Below are positions 9,792 through 18,396 of a DNA stretch of 64,000 nt, one piece after another. Below the pieces are notes generated by a model. That model made no database searches. It worked only from the letters and a program-made list of their open reading frames with translations, and had not been told where the DNA came from. Made by a program: the position numbers and the translations under genes. The first letter of the stretch is position 1; each line of letters begins with the position of its first letter. This DNA comes from Vicinamibacterales bacterium (GTDB lineage: Bacteria; Acidobacteriota; Vicinamibacteria; Vicinamibacterales; 2-12-FULL-66-21), in contig DATBJJ010000115.1 of the NCBI GenBank assembly GCA_036556425.1, positions 626-64,625 on the forward strand. The letters are read 5' to 3'.

Positions 9792-10961
9792 TCAAAATTG
9801 TGGTCGGCGGGAGAAGGTTCGATGGAACTCCGAGCGGAGTTTTTCAAACGTGCCTAACATTATAGCCTCCCCAATCGCCTTCATGGTGTCAAGGTAAAAG
9901 TAGAGGTTGTGAATGCTGTTGAGGGTGGCGGCGGTCATCTCGCCGGCCACATAGAGATGGCGCAAATACGCGCGTGAGAAATGGGTGCAGGTGTAGCACC
10001 CGCAGGCCGGATCGGGCGGCGCGGGATCCTCGGCGTAGCGCGCGTTCTTGATCGCGATGGGGCCGCTGCGCGTGAGAAGCTGCCCGTTGCGCGCGTTGCG
10101 CGTCGGCAGCACGCAGTCGAAGAGATCGATCCCGCGCGCGACGCATTCGAAGATGTCGTCGGGCATGCCGCTCCCCATCAAGTACCGCGGCCGATCGTGC
10201 GGAAGCTGCGGCGCCGTGTGCGCGACGATCTCGTAGGTCACGTCCGGCGGCTCGCCGACGCTCAGCCCGCCGATCGCGTACGCCTCGAAGCCAATCGCCG
10301 TCGTCGCCTCCACGCTCTCGGTGCGGAGAGACGGATGGATCCCGCCCTGCACGATCCCGAACTGCGCCTGGCCGGAATTCGTCACGTTGACTTCCGGCGC
10401 TGACGCCGGGTCCTCGATGACGCGCCGCCACCGATCTCGCGCGCGCGCCGCCCACCGCACCGATCGCTCCATTGCCGCGCGCGCGTCCGCTTCGCCGGAA
10501 GGCGTCGCGATGCACTCGTCGAGCACCATCGCGATGTCCGACCCGAGTTGAAGCTGGATATCCGCCGCGCGCTCCGGCGTCAGCAGATGGAGCGATCCGT
10601 CGAGATGCGATCGGAACTCGGCGCCTTCATCCGTGATGCGGCGCCGACCGGCGAGGCTGAAGATCTGATAGCCGCCGCTGTCGGTGAGAATCGGCCGGTC
10701 CCATCCGATGAAGCGATGGAGGCCTCCCGCGCGCGCGATGAGCGCGTCCCCCGGCCTCAAGAAGAGATGGTAGGTGTTCCCGAGGATGATTTGCGCGCCG
10801 AGCGCGTCGAGATCGCGGTGCGTGATGGCTTTGACGGCGCCTTGCGTGCCGACCGGCATGAAGGCGGGCGTCTGCACGACGCCGTGCGGCGTGCGCATCT
10901 CGCCGCGGCGGGCGGCGCCATCGGTGGCGAGCACGGCGAACTGAAACGGCGGAGGTGTCAC
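9792..10961 (-). CDS. tgt: tRNA-guanine(34) transglycosylase
   Basis: TPAFMPVGT, LGNTYHL, TDSGGYQ, DCVLPTRNARNG, CxCxxC zinc site. Confidence 0.97.
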   Translation of the reverse strand: MTPPPFQFAVLATDGAARRGEMRTPHGVVQTPAFMPVGTQGAVKAITHRDLDALGAQIILGNTYHLFLRPGDALIARAGGLHRFIGWDRPILTDSGGYQIFSLAGRRRITDEGAEFRSHLDGSLHLLTPERAADIQLQLGSDIAMVLDECIATPSGEADARAAMERSVRWAARARDRWRRVIEDPASAPEVNVTNSGQAQFGIVQGGIHPSLRTESVEATTAIGFEAYAIGGLSVGEPPDVTYEIVAHTAPQLPHDRPRYLMGSGMPDDIFECVARGIDLFDCVLPTRNARNGQLLTRSGPIAIKNARYAEDPAPPDPACGCYTCTHFSRAYLRHLYVAGEMTAATLNSIHNLYFYLDTMKAIGEAIMLGTFEKLRSEFHRTFSRRPQF

Positions 10962-11001
10962 GCATCAACAGAATAGCGTCAACTCCTGTATCCTTTTCTG
11001 C

Positions 11002-12159
11002 GTGAAGCGTCTGCGCATCGGCGTGCTCTACGGCGGCCGGTCCGGCGAGCACGAGGTCTCGCTGGCGTCCGCCGCCGCGGTCTTCGCGAATCTGGATCGC
11101 AATCGGTACGAGGCCGTGGCGATCCGCATCGAAAAAGATGGACGATGGTCGCTGGCGGATCGTCCCCCGCTCGCGGCGTCGGCCGCCGAAGTGATCGACC
11201 AGGCGCGCTTGGAGGCGGCCCGTCAGGTCCGCTCGGGCCGTGAAGTGCATCTCGTCGCGCGGCCGAGCGAAGAGACGATCCTTTCCATCAAGCGCACGCA
11301 GGAAGGCGCGGAGCCGGCCGAGGCGCTCGTCACCGGCCTGCATGTCGACGTGATCTTCCCGGTTCTGCACGGTCCATACGGCGAGGACGGCACGATTCAG
11401 GGCCTCCTCGAGCTCGCGAACGTCCCTTACGTCGGCGCGGGAGTCGCGGCGTCGGCGCTCGGCATGGACAAGGCGCTGATGAAGACGATCTTCTTCGCGC
11501 ACGGACTTCCGAGCTGCGACTGGCGCGTGGTCGTTCGCCACGAGTGGGAGCGGCGAAGCGAGGAGATCCTCGCGAACCTCGAGCGCACCCTGGGGTTTCC
11601 CATGTTCGTCAAGCCGGCGAACCTCGGCTCGAGCGTGGGAATCTCGAAAGCCAAGGATGCCGGCGGCCTTCGCGAAGCGATCGATCTCGCGGGATCCTTC
11701 GATCGCAAGGTCGTCGTCGAAGCGGCCGTGCCCGAGGCGCGCGAGATCGAGTGCGCGGTGCTCGGCAACGACGCACCGCAGGCGTCCGTGCCTGGCGAGA
11801 TCGTTCCGTCGCGCGAGTTCTACGACTACGAAGCGAAGTACCTCGACGAGGGATCCAAATCGATCATCCCCGCCGATCTGCCGGCTTCGACGGTCGCCGA
11901 GGTGCAGCGGCTGTCGATTGCGGCGTTTCAAGCGATCGATTGCGCGGGCATGGCGCGCGTTGACTTCCTCCTGTCGCGCCGCACGGACGAGCTGTTCATC
12001 AACGAGATCAACACGATTCCCGGCTTCACGACGATCAGCATGTACTCGAAGCTGTGGGAAGCGTCGGGCGTGCCGTATCAGGCGCTCGTCGATCGTCTGA
12101 TCGAGCTCGCGTTCGAGCGCCACGCCGTCAAGCAGCAGCTCCGCACCAGCGTCACATGA
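11002..12159 (+). CDS. ddl: D-alanine--D-alanine ligase
   Basis: GGRSGEHEVS, LHGPYGEDG, KPANLGSSVG, NEINTIPGFT motifs. Confidence 0.97.
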   Translation: MKRLRIGVLYGGRSGEHEVSLASAAAVFANLDRNRYEAVAIRIEKDGRWSLADRPPLAASAAEVIDQARLEAARQVRSGREVHLVARPSEETILSIKRTQEGAEPAEALVTGLHVDVIFPVLHGPYGEDGTIQGLLELANVPYVGAGVAASALGMDKALMKTIFFAHGLPSCDWRVVVRHEWERRSEEILANLERTLGFPMFVKPANLGSSVGISKAKDAGGLREAIDLAGSFDRKVVVEAAVPEAREIECAVLGNDAPQASVPGEIVPSREFYDYEAKYLDEGSKSIIPADLPASTVAEVQRLSIAAFQAIDCAGMARVDFLLSRRTDELFINEINTIPGFTTISMYSKLWEASGVPYQALVDRLIELAFERHAVKQQLRTSVT

Positions 12160-13733
12160 TCGCCGCACGCGCGGCCGCGATCGCGGTGCTGGCGACCGCC
12201 GTGCTGTGCGCGTCGCCGGAAGATCAGCGGCGCGGCGCCGGATCGCCGAAGCCGGTTGGTCCCGAGCTCCCGTCCAGCGGGTTCAAGGGGGGCGACGCGC
12301 TGTCGCGCGTCTACGATCTGATTCTCGACGCGCGCTTTCAGCACGTGGAGGCCGAGCTCCGGCGCGCGTGCGGGCCGGCGCCGCTCGAGGCCTGCCACGT
12401 GCTCCAGGCCACCGCGCTTTGGTGGCGCATTCAGCTCGATCCCGACAGCCGCGCGCTGGACGACGCGTTCTTGGAAGCGGTCGAGCGCGCGATCGCGTCG
12501 GCCGAAGCGTGGACCGAGCGCGAGCCGGACAACGCCGAAGCCTGGTTCTACGTCGGCGGCGCTTACGCGGCGCGCGTACAGTGGCGCGTGCTGCGCGACG
12601 AGAAGCTCTCCGCCGCGCGCGACGGGAAGCGCATCAAGGACGCGCTCGAGCGCGCCCTTGCGCTCGATCCGGATCTCGACGACGCGTATTTCGGGATAGG
12701 CATGTATCGCTACTACGCCGACGTCGCCCCCACGGCGGCGCGGGTCCTCCGCTTCCTGCTGCTCCTTCCCGGCGGCAATCGCAAGGAAGGGCTCGCCCAG
12801 ATGCTCCGCGCGCGCGCCGAAGGCCGCCTGCTGCAGGGCGAGGCGGACTATCAGCTCCACATCATCTACCTCTGGTACGAACGGCAGACGGGCCGCGCGC
12901 TCGAGCTCCTGCGCGATCTGCATCAGCACTATCCGGGCAATCCGCTGTTCCTCGCGCAGATCGCGGAAATCGAGGACGTCTACGAGCACGACGTCACGGC
13001 GAGCCTCGAGACGTGGCGCACGCTCTTGACGCGGGCGCGCACCGACCGCGTGAACCTCACGGAGTTGGCCGAAGTGCGGGCGCGGCTGGCCATCGCTCGT
13101 CATCTCGACGCGCTCGCGGAAACCGATCAGGCGATCGACCACCTCGAGCGCATCGTCGCGCTCAAGCCGGAGGCGCCGTATGCATCGCTGGCGCAGGCGT
13201 ATCTCCGGCTCGGCGAGGCGCACGATCGCATGAACGAGCGCGACGAAGCGATGGAGGCGTACCGCCAGGCGGCGTCCAGCGTGCCGGCGCGTGACCCCTA
13301 CAATGTCCGCCGCGACGCGGCGGAGCGGCTGCGCAAGGTGCCCAACGCGAAGCACGCGGAAGCGTTCCGACTCTCCCTCGACGGCTGGAGAAAGCTGGAA
13401 CAGAAGAACGTCGCGGCGGCGGCGGCTTCGCTCGAGCGCGCGATCGCGCTCAACCCGCGCGATCCGGTCGCGCGCTATCGCTACGGGCGCGTGCTGATCG
13501 CGCGCCGCGAGCCTGAAGCCGCGCTCGTCGAGCTCGAGCTCGCGATCCGCGATGCGCGTCAGTGCCCTGCGCCGATTCTCGGGCTCGCGTACCTCGAGGC
13601 GGCGCAGCTTCACGAGCGCGCGGGGCGCAAACCGCAGGCGCTCGCCGCCTATCACGCCGCGTCGACGCTCTTCGGCGCCTCCGACGACACGCATCGCCTC
13701 GCCGCGCGCGCGATCGCGCGGCTGCAGAAGTGA
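12156..13733 (+). CDS. Secreted tetratricopeptide-repeat protein
   Basis: ATG overlaps ddl stop (ATGA); signal-peptide-like N-terminus; repeated TPR helices (EPDNAEAWFY, ALALDPDLDDAY, NPRDPVARY). Confidence 0.8.
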   Translation: MIAARAAAIAVLATAVLCASPEDQRRGAGSPKPVGPELPSSGFKGGDALSRVYDLILDARFQHVEAELRRACGPAPLEACHVLQATALWWRIQLDPDSRALDDAFLEAVERAIASAEAWTEREPDNAEAWFYVGGAYAARVQWRVLRDEKLSAARDGKRIKDALERALALDPDLDDAYFGIGMYRYYADVAPTAARVLRFLLLLPGGNRKEGLAQMLRARAEGRLLQGEADYQLHIIYLWYERQTGRALELLRDLHQHYPGNPLFLAQIAEIEDVYEHDVTASLETWRTLLTRARTDRVNLTELAEVRARLAIARHLDALAETDQAIDHLERIVALKPEAPYASLAQAYLRLGEAHDRMNERDEAMEAYRQAASSVPARDPYNVRRDAAERLRKVPNAKHAEAFRLSLDGWRKLEQKNVAAAAASLERAIALNPRDPVARYRYGRVLIARREPEAALVELELAIRDARQCPAPILGLAYLEAAQLHERAGRKPQALAAYHAASTLFGASDDTHRLAARAIARLQK

Positions 13734-13888
13734 GACGCGGATCGCGCGGATCACGCGGAGTGTGAGACGCGGATCACACGGATCACGCGGATTCACACGG
13801 ACGCCGATCGCGTTGGTGATCGGCATCGGACTCGATCGAAATCTCGATCTCGATCCGCGCGATCGATGTCATCCGCGTGATCCGCGTT
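13734..13888. repeat. Inverted nonamer repeat array (ACGCGGATC units / ATCCGCG units) with an internal duplication
   Basis: gtgagacgcggatc..cggatcacgcgga occurs twice, followed by atccgcgc..atccgcgtgatccgcgt. Confidence 0.8.
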
Positions 13889-13927
13889 TATTGCGTGCAG
13901 GTTTTTGACTTTTCGTGCACTTTATGC

Positions 13928-13955
13928 TTGACAGTAAATTTTTCTCATCCATAAT
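13928..13955 (+). promoter_or_regulatory. Sigma70-type promoter of the Lys-rich micropeptide unit
   Basis: TTGACA (13928-33), 16 nt spacer, CATAAT (13950-55) in a locally AT-rich island. Confidence 0.7.
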
Positions 13956-13999
13956 CTACATCTTGTATGAGGGTGGATCGCTCAGCCCACCTGTGGTAA
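13953..13999. promoter_or_regulatory. Putative tandem NrdR-like boxes
   Basis: aatCtAcATcTtGtat (13953-68) and agcCcAccTgTgGtaa (13984-99), starts 31 bp apart, compared with consensus acaCwAtATaTwGtgt. Confidence 0.35.
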
Positions 14000-14049
14000 G
14001 CACCGTGACCTGGTAACGACGCTGAGCTGCCAAGTTCCAAGGAGGAATA

Positions 14050-14103
14050 ATGGCGAAGAAGGCTGCGAAGGGCGGCAAGAAAAAGGGCGGAAAGAAGCGC
14101 TAG
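14050..14103 (+). CDS. 17-aa Lys/Gly-rich micropeptide MAKKAAKGGKKKGGKKR
   Basis: AAGGAGG SD before ATG, promoter upstream, terminator downstream, paralog differing only synonymously. Confidence 0.8.
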   Translation: MAKKAAKGGKKKGGKKR

Positions 14104-14123
14104 ACCCAGCCGCCTACCGGTCC

Positions 14124-14154
14124 GGGGGTGTCATGTATGACACCCCCTTTTTTT
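14124..14154 (+). terminator. Intrinsic terminator after micropeptide 1
   Basis: GGGGGTGTCAT-gt-ATGACACCCCC followed by T7. Confidence 0.88.
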
Positions 14155-14317
14155 AGCTGCATGCGCTTCCGCGATCGCTGTTCTCTTCACGCGGAAGTTT
14201 TCTGCAACGAAGCGACGGGGTGCTGACAGACGCGGGCCGGCGGCGGAGGCCGCGGCGCTGCAATGCAGCAAGAGCTCCTCGCGTTCGATCCCACGAATGA
14301 AGGGGGGGATAAGCGCA

Positions 14318-14368
14318 ATGGCGAAGAAGGCCAAGGGCGGGAAGAAGAAGGGCGGCAAGAAGCGGTAA
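14318..14368 (+). CDS. 16-aa Lys/Gly-rich micropeptide MAKKAKGGKKKGGKKR
   Basis: AAGGGGGGGA SD-like run upstream; paralog of 14050-14103; hairpin downstream. Confidence 0.75.
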   Translation: MAKKAKGGKKKGGKKR

Positions 14369-14388
14369 GCCACCTCACCCGCTAGACA

Positions 14389-14420
14389 ACGGTGCACCGT
14401 GCCTACGCACGGTGCACCGT
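14389..14420. terminator. Perfect 14-bp hairpin between convergent genes
   Basis: ACGGTGCACCGTGC-ctac-GCACGGTGCACCGT; each arm contains the palindrome ACGGTGCACCGT; no U-tract. Confidence 0.5.
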
Positions 14421-14429
14421 GAAATCCCG

Positions 14430-16586
14430 CTACTTCGGAATCCACCCCGTTCCATCCCACACGCGAATCCGCAGAATCACATCGCCCGGCTTCAAGCGAT
14501 CCAGGATCTCGATGCCGTTGACGACGTGGCCGAAGACCGTGTACTTCGCGTCGAGGTGCGGCTGCGGCGAATGCGTGATGAAGAACTGACTGCCGCCCGT
14601 ATCGCGGCCCGCGAGCGCCATGCCGACGGTGCCTCGGAGATACGGGCGATCGTTGAGCTCGTCGCGAATCGAGTATCCGGGACCGCCCTCGCCGTCGCCG
14701 CGCGGATCGCCATCCTGCACGACGAAGTTCGCGATCACGCGGTGCAGCTCCACGCCGTTGAAGAAGTTCCGCCGCACGAGGTCGACGAAATTGCGCGACG
14801 TCAGAGGCGCGTCGAGCACGGCGAGCTCGAATTCGATCGTGCCGTACGACGTTTCGATGAACACGTGCGGTGAGGTCGTTGGGCCGACGAGCTGCGGGTC
14901 GTCGTACTGCAGCGACGGGTTGGTCGGCGCGGGCGCAATCGCAGGGGACGCGCCGTCGTTCGGCGCCGCCTTCGCGAGCAGGTCTTCGGCGCGGAGCCGG
15001 ACAGCCCAATCCTTGTCCGTGAGCGCGTCGCGAAGCGTCGATTCCGCCTCGGCGCGTCCGTACGCGGCGAGCGCCGTGAGCGCGGCCGTGCGTGCGTCGA
15101 AATCCTGATCCTTCAGGCCGTTCTTGTACGCAGCGCGCAGCGCCTCGGCGCCTCCCTCGGGCTTGAGCGTGCCGAGCTCGCGCGCGGCGGTCGCCCGAAC
15201 CGCGAAGTCCGAATCGTTGAGGCGCTCGAGCAGCAGCGCGCGAAGATCGGGCACCTTCAGCTTGGCCATCGCGGAGAGGACCGCTGGAATCACGCGCTTG
15301 TCCTCGTCCTGGAGCATGGAGCGCACCCGATCGATGACGAGATCCGCGGGCAGATTGCCCAGCACCTCGGCGGCAGCGGCGCGCACCCGCCAATGGCGAT
15401 CCGGCGGCAGCCCCGCGAACACCGCGACGAAGCTGTCGGGATCGACGGCCGCGGCGGCGCGCATCGCGGCCGCGCGCATCGTCGGCCAGTCGTCGTGCAT
15501 CAGATCCTGCAAGTACGGCAGCCCCTCGGGCGCGCGAATCTCGCCCAATGCCGTCACCGCTTCCAGCCGTACGTTCGCGTGGGTGTTTGGATCGGCGATC
15601 AACTCGGTCAAAGGACCGACCGCATCGGTCGCGCCGAGCTGCGCGAGCGCCCTGATCGCGCCGACGGTAACCTCGAGGCCGGACTTCGCGGACGACGGCA
15701 GCAGCGCGACGAGCGGCTTGATCGCGCTCGGATCCTTGGCGCGTCCCAGCCCGCGCGCCGCGAACGCGCGCGTGTAGCGCGTGTTCGTGTTCAGCAGCGT
15801 CAGGAGCGCCGGCACCGCACGCGTGTCGTCGACGCGCTGCAGCGCATAGGCGATCGGCCACCACGTGCTCACCGGTTGGCTTCCGTTCAACACTGCCGCC
15901 GCGAGCGGTTCGTACGCGCTCAGGCGAACGAGCGCGAACAACCCAAGCCGGAACGCTTCCGCTTCCGGCGCGATCGGCAGCGTTTCATCGTCAGGCGCCA
16001 TCGACGCGACGGCCGAGTGCTTCGCGTACTCCGCGACCATACGGCCGATCGCCGCGGCCGATCCTTTCGCGCCGACGAGCCCGAGCGCTTCGGCCGCCCG
16101 GCCGCGCACGAGCGGCACAGTATCGGTCAAGAGCGCCGTGAGCGACGCCTCTGCCGACGGATCGCCGATCAACCCGAGCGCAAACGCGGCCATCGCTCGC
16201 ACGTCCGGATCCGTGTCGGCCAACACTGGAACCAGCAGCGCCACGCCCGCGCGATCCTTCACGCGGCCGATCGCCAGCGCCGCCCGCCGTCTGAGCCGCG
16301 GGTCCGCGTCTCGCACCAGCACGGCGAGATCGGGCGACGACGACGGCTTCGGCGGAGGCGGGAGCGCGACCGGCTTCTTCCCTTTGACGGGCGGAGGCGG
16401 CGGTGGCGGCGCCGGCAGGTCGAACTTGAGGAGGCGCTGATCCTCGAGCTGAAGGATCCACGCCATCTTCTGACGTTCGGGAATCAGATCGACGGCCGGC
16501 AGCTTCGGCGGCGGCGTCGACATGCACCCGAGCGGCGCAACGCTCGCCGCGAACGCGAGACCGAATGCCAAAACGCGTCTGTTCAC
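14430..16586 (-). CDS. Lipoprotein with HEAT-repeat solenoid and C-terminal cyclophilin-type PPIase domain
   Basis: Lipobox-like PLGC; many DxDxxVRxxAAxALG repeats; HRVIANFVVQDGDP..GMALAGRDTGGSQFFIT..HLDAKYTVFG. Confidence 0.88.
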   Translation of the reverse strand: MNRRVLAFGLAFAASVAPLGCMSTPPPKLPAVDLIPERQKMAWILQLEDQRLLKFDLPAPPPPPPPVKGKKPVALPPPPKPSSSPDLAVLVRDADPRLRRRAALAIGRVKDRAGVALLVPVLADTDPDVRAMAAFALGLIGDPSAEASLTALLTDTVPLVRGRAAEALGLVGAKGSAAAIGRMVAEYAKHSAVASMAPDDETLPIAPEAEAFRLGLFALVRLSAYEPLAAAVLNGSQPVSTWWPIAYALQRVDDTRAVPALLTLLNTNTRYTRAFAARGLGRAKDPSAIKPLVALLPSSAKSGLEVTVGAIRALAQLGATDAVGPLTELIADPNTHANVRLEAVTALGEIRAPEGLPYLQDLMHDDWPTMRAAAMRAAAAVDPDSFVAVFAGLPPDRHWRVRAAAAEVLGNLPADLVIDRVRSMLQDEDKRVIPAVLSAMAKLKVPDLRALLLERLNDSDFAVRATAARELGTLKPEGGAEALRAAYKNGLKDQDFDARTAALTALAAYGRAEAESTLRDALTDKDWAVRLRAEDLLAKAAPNDGASPAIAPAPTNPSLQYDDPQLVGPTTSPHVFIETSYGTIEFELAVLDAPLTSRNFVDLVRRNFFNGVELHRVIANFVVQDGDPRGDGEGGPGYSIRDELNDRPYLRGTVGMALAGRDTGGSQFFITHSPQPHLDAKYTVFGHVVNGIEILDRLKPGDVILRIRVWDGTGWIPK

Positions 16587-17692
16587 GCCGTGAGCTCCAT
16601 GTGTTCTTTGGTTGCCGCCTTCACCCGATCCGCGACGACCTGAACGCCGATACCCGGCCCGTCGGGCACCGCGATCGTGCCGTCGGCGCGAACCACGATT
16701 TCAGGATCGATCAAGTCCGGCGCGTAATAGCGCCGGCTCGCGGCCACGTCCCCGGGCAGCGAGAAGTTCGGCAAGGTGGAGAGATGAATGTTGTGCGCGC
16801 GGCCGATGCCGCTCTCGAGCATGCCGCCGTGCCATACGGGAATCCCTCGCGACGCCGCGAGATCGTGAAGCGCGATCGACGCCGCGTGGCCGCCGACGCG
16901 GCCCGGCTTGATGTTGATGATGCGGCACGCCCCCATCTCGATCGCGTCGCCGCCGGCGCGCACGGTGTGAATCGATTCGTCGAGGCAGATATCCGTCTCG
17001 AGCGCTCGCTGCAAGCGCGCGTGATCGCGGAGGTCGTCGTAGTCGAGCGGCTGCTCGATCATCATCAGATCGAATCGATCGAGCGCGGCCAGGTGCGCTT
17101 CGTCGTCGATCGTGTAGGCGGCGTTCGCGTCGACCATCAGCGGGATCCCGCCGAATCGCGCGCGGATCCGCTCGACGGCCTCGATGTCCCATCCCGGCTT
17201 GATCTTGATCTTCACGCGCCGGTAGCCGGCGGCGAGCTCGATCGCCACGCGCTCGAGCAGCTCGTCGAGTGAATCCTGAATGCCGATCGACACGCCCGAT
17301 TCAATCGCCGATCGCGTGCCGCCGAGAACCGTCGAGAGGCTGGCGTTCTGCTGCCGCGCGAACAGATCCCACGCCGCCATTTCGACCGCCGCCTTCGCCA
17401 TGTTGTGGCCGCGAATGACGGCGAGCGCGCCGACGATCTCGCGCGGATGCGCGAACGCGCGGCCGAGCACGATCGGCGCGATGAACTCCGCGATCACGTG
17501 CCACGCCGTCCGCGTCGTCTCGGAGCTGTAGTACGGATTGGCGTCCGCGACGCACTCCGCTATCCCGCTCGCGCCGTTGTCGTCGACGGTGACGAGCAGG
17601 AACGAGCGCTCGGACACCCGGCCGAAGCTCGTCTCGAAAAAGCGAACGAGCGGCAGGTGAATCAGCCGCATCTCGAGGCGATCGATCCGCAC
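16583..17692 (-). CDS. menC: o-Succinylbenzoate synthase / N-acylamino acid racemase (enolase superfamily)
   Basis: KIKIKPG, VDAN, EQP, LDES, NIKPGRVGG, WHGGMLESG motifs. Confidence 0.85.
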   Translation of the reverse strand: MRIDRLEMRLIHLPLVRFFETSFGRVSERSFLLVTVDDNGASGIAECVADANPYYSSETTRTAWHVIAEFIAPIVLGRAFAHPREIVGALAVIRGHNMAKAAVEMAAWDLFARQQNASLSTVLGGTRSAIESGVSIGIQDSLDELLERVAIELAAGYRRVKIKIKPGWDIEAVERIRARFGGIPLMVDANAAYTIDDEAHLAALDRFDLMMIEQPLDYDDLRDHARLQRALETDICLDESIHTVRAGGDAIEMGACRIINIKPGRVGGHAASIALHDLAASRGIPVWHGGMLESGIGRAHNIHLSTLPNFSLPGDVAASRRYYAPDLIDPEIVVRADGTIAVPDGPGIGVQVVADRVKAATKEHMELTA

Positions 17693-17750
17693 CCGACAAT
17701 GCTACCGTATGCGGCTAGCGCGTCGGCCCTACTGCTATACTCCCTGCACC

Positions 17751-18386
17751 TTGGACTCCCGGTACATCGCCATCGAAGGGCCGCTGGGCGTGGGCAAGTC
17801 CGCGCTCGCCGACCGCCTCGGCGCGCGATTCGATGCGACGGTGGTCCTCGACGAAACCGAGAATCCGTTCCTCACCGACTTCTACGCGGATCGTCCCGGA
17901 TCGGGCTTTCAGGCGCAGCTCTTCTACACGCTCGCGCGGCACCGGCAGCAGACGTCGCTGCGGCAGTCGGATCTCTTCGCGCAGCTCACGATCTGCGACT
18001 ATCTCTTCGAACGCGACAAGATCTACGCGTACCTGAATCTCGACGACAACGAGCTGTTCATCTATCAGCGGCTGTACGATCTGCTCGCTGCGGACGTGCC
18101 GACGCCGGATCTCGTTGTCTACCTCCAGGCGACGACCGACGTGCTGCGGCGCCGCCTGCGCGAGCGCGCGCGCGCCGACGGCGACGTGCCGCTCCCCGAC
18201 GACTCGTACGTGCGCGAGCTGAACGAGGCGTACAATCATTTTTTCTTTCACTACAATTCGTCTCCGCTCCTGGTGGTAGAGACGTCGCAGCTGGATCACT
18301 CGTGGGGCGACGACACGGTCGCCGATCTCGAGCGCCAGATCCGAACGATGGGCAAAGGGACGCGGTACTACGTCCCCCGGACGTGA
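17751..18386 (+). CDS. Deoxynucleoside kinase (probable TTG start)
   Basis: YIAIEGPLGVGKS P-loop, NPFLTDFY, FQAQLF, PDLVVYLQA. Confidence 0.88.
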   Translation: MDSRYIAIEGPLGVGKSALADRLGARFDATVVLDETENPFLTDFYADRPGSGFQAQLFYTLARHRQQTSLRQSDLFAQLTICDYLFERDKIYAYLNLDDNELFIYQRLYDLLAADVPTPDLVVYLQATTDVLRRRLRERARADGDVPLPDDSYVRELNEAYNHFFFHYNSSPLLVVETSQLDHSWGDDTVADLERQIRTMGKGTRYYVPRT

Positions 18387-18396
18387 ATCGCGCGAC

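Noticed and set aside
9859..9892. TTGACA/TATAAT pair inside the tgt 3' end upstream of yajC
   Set aside because: The 22-nt spacer is too long for one sigma70 promoter. The TATAAT alone may be real but cannot be supported further.
14050..14154. Lysine-sensing attenuator leader peptide (Lys-rich ORF plus terminator)
   Set aside because: The only downstream same-strand gene is the paralogous peptide, and the next gene is convergent, so there is no operon to attenuate. No clear antiterminator was seen.
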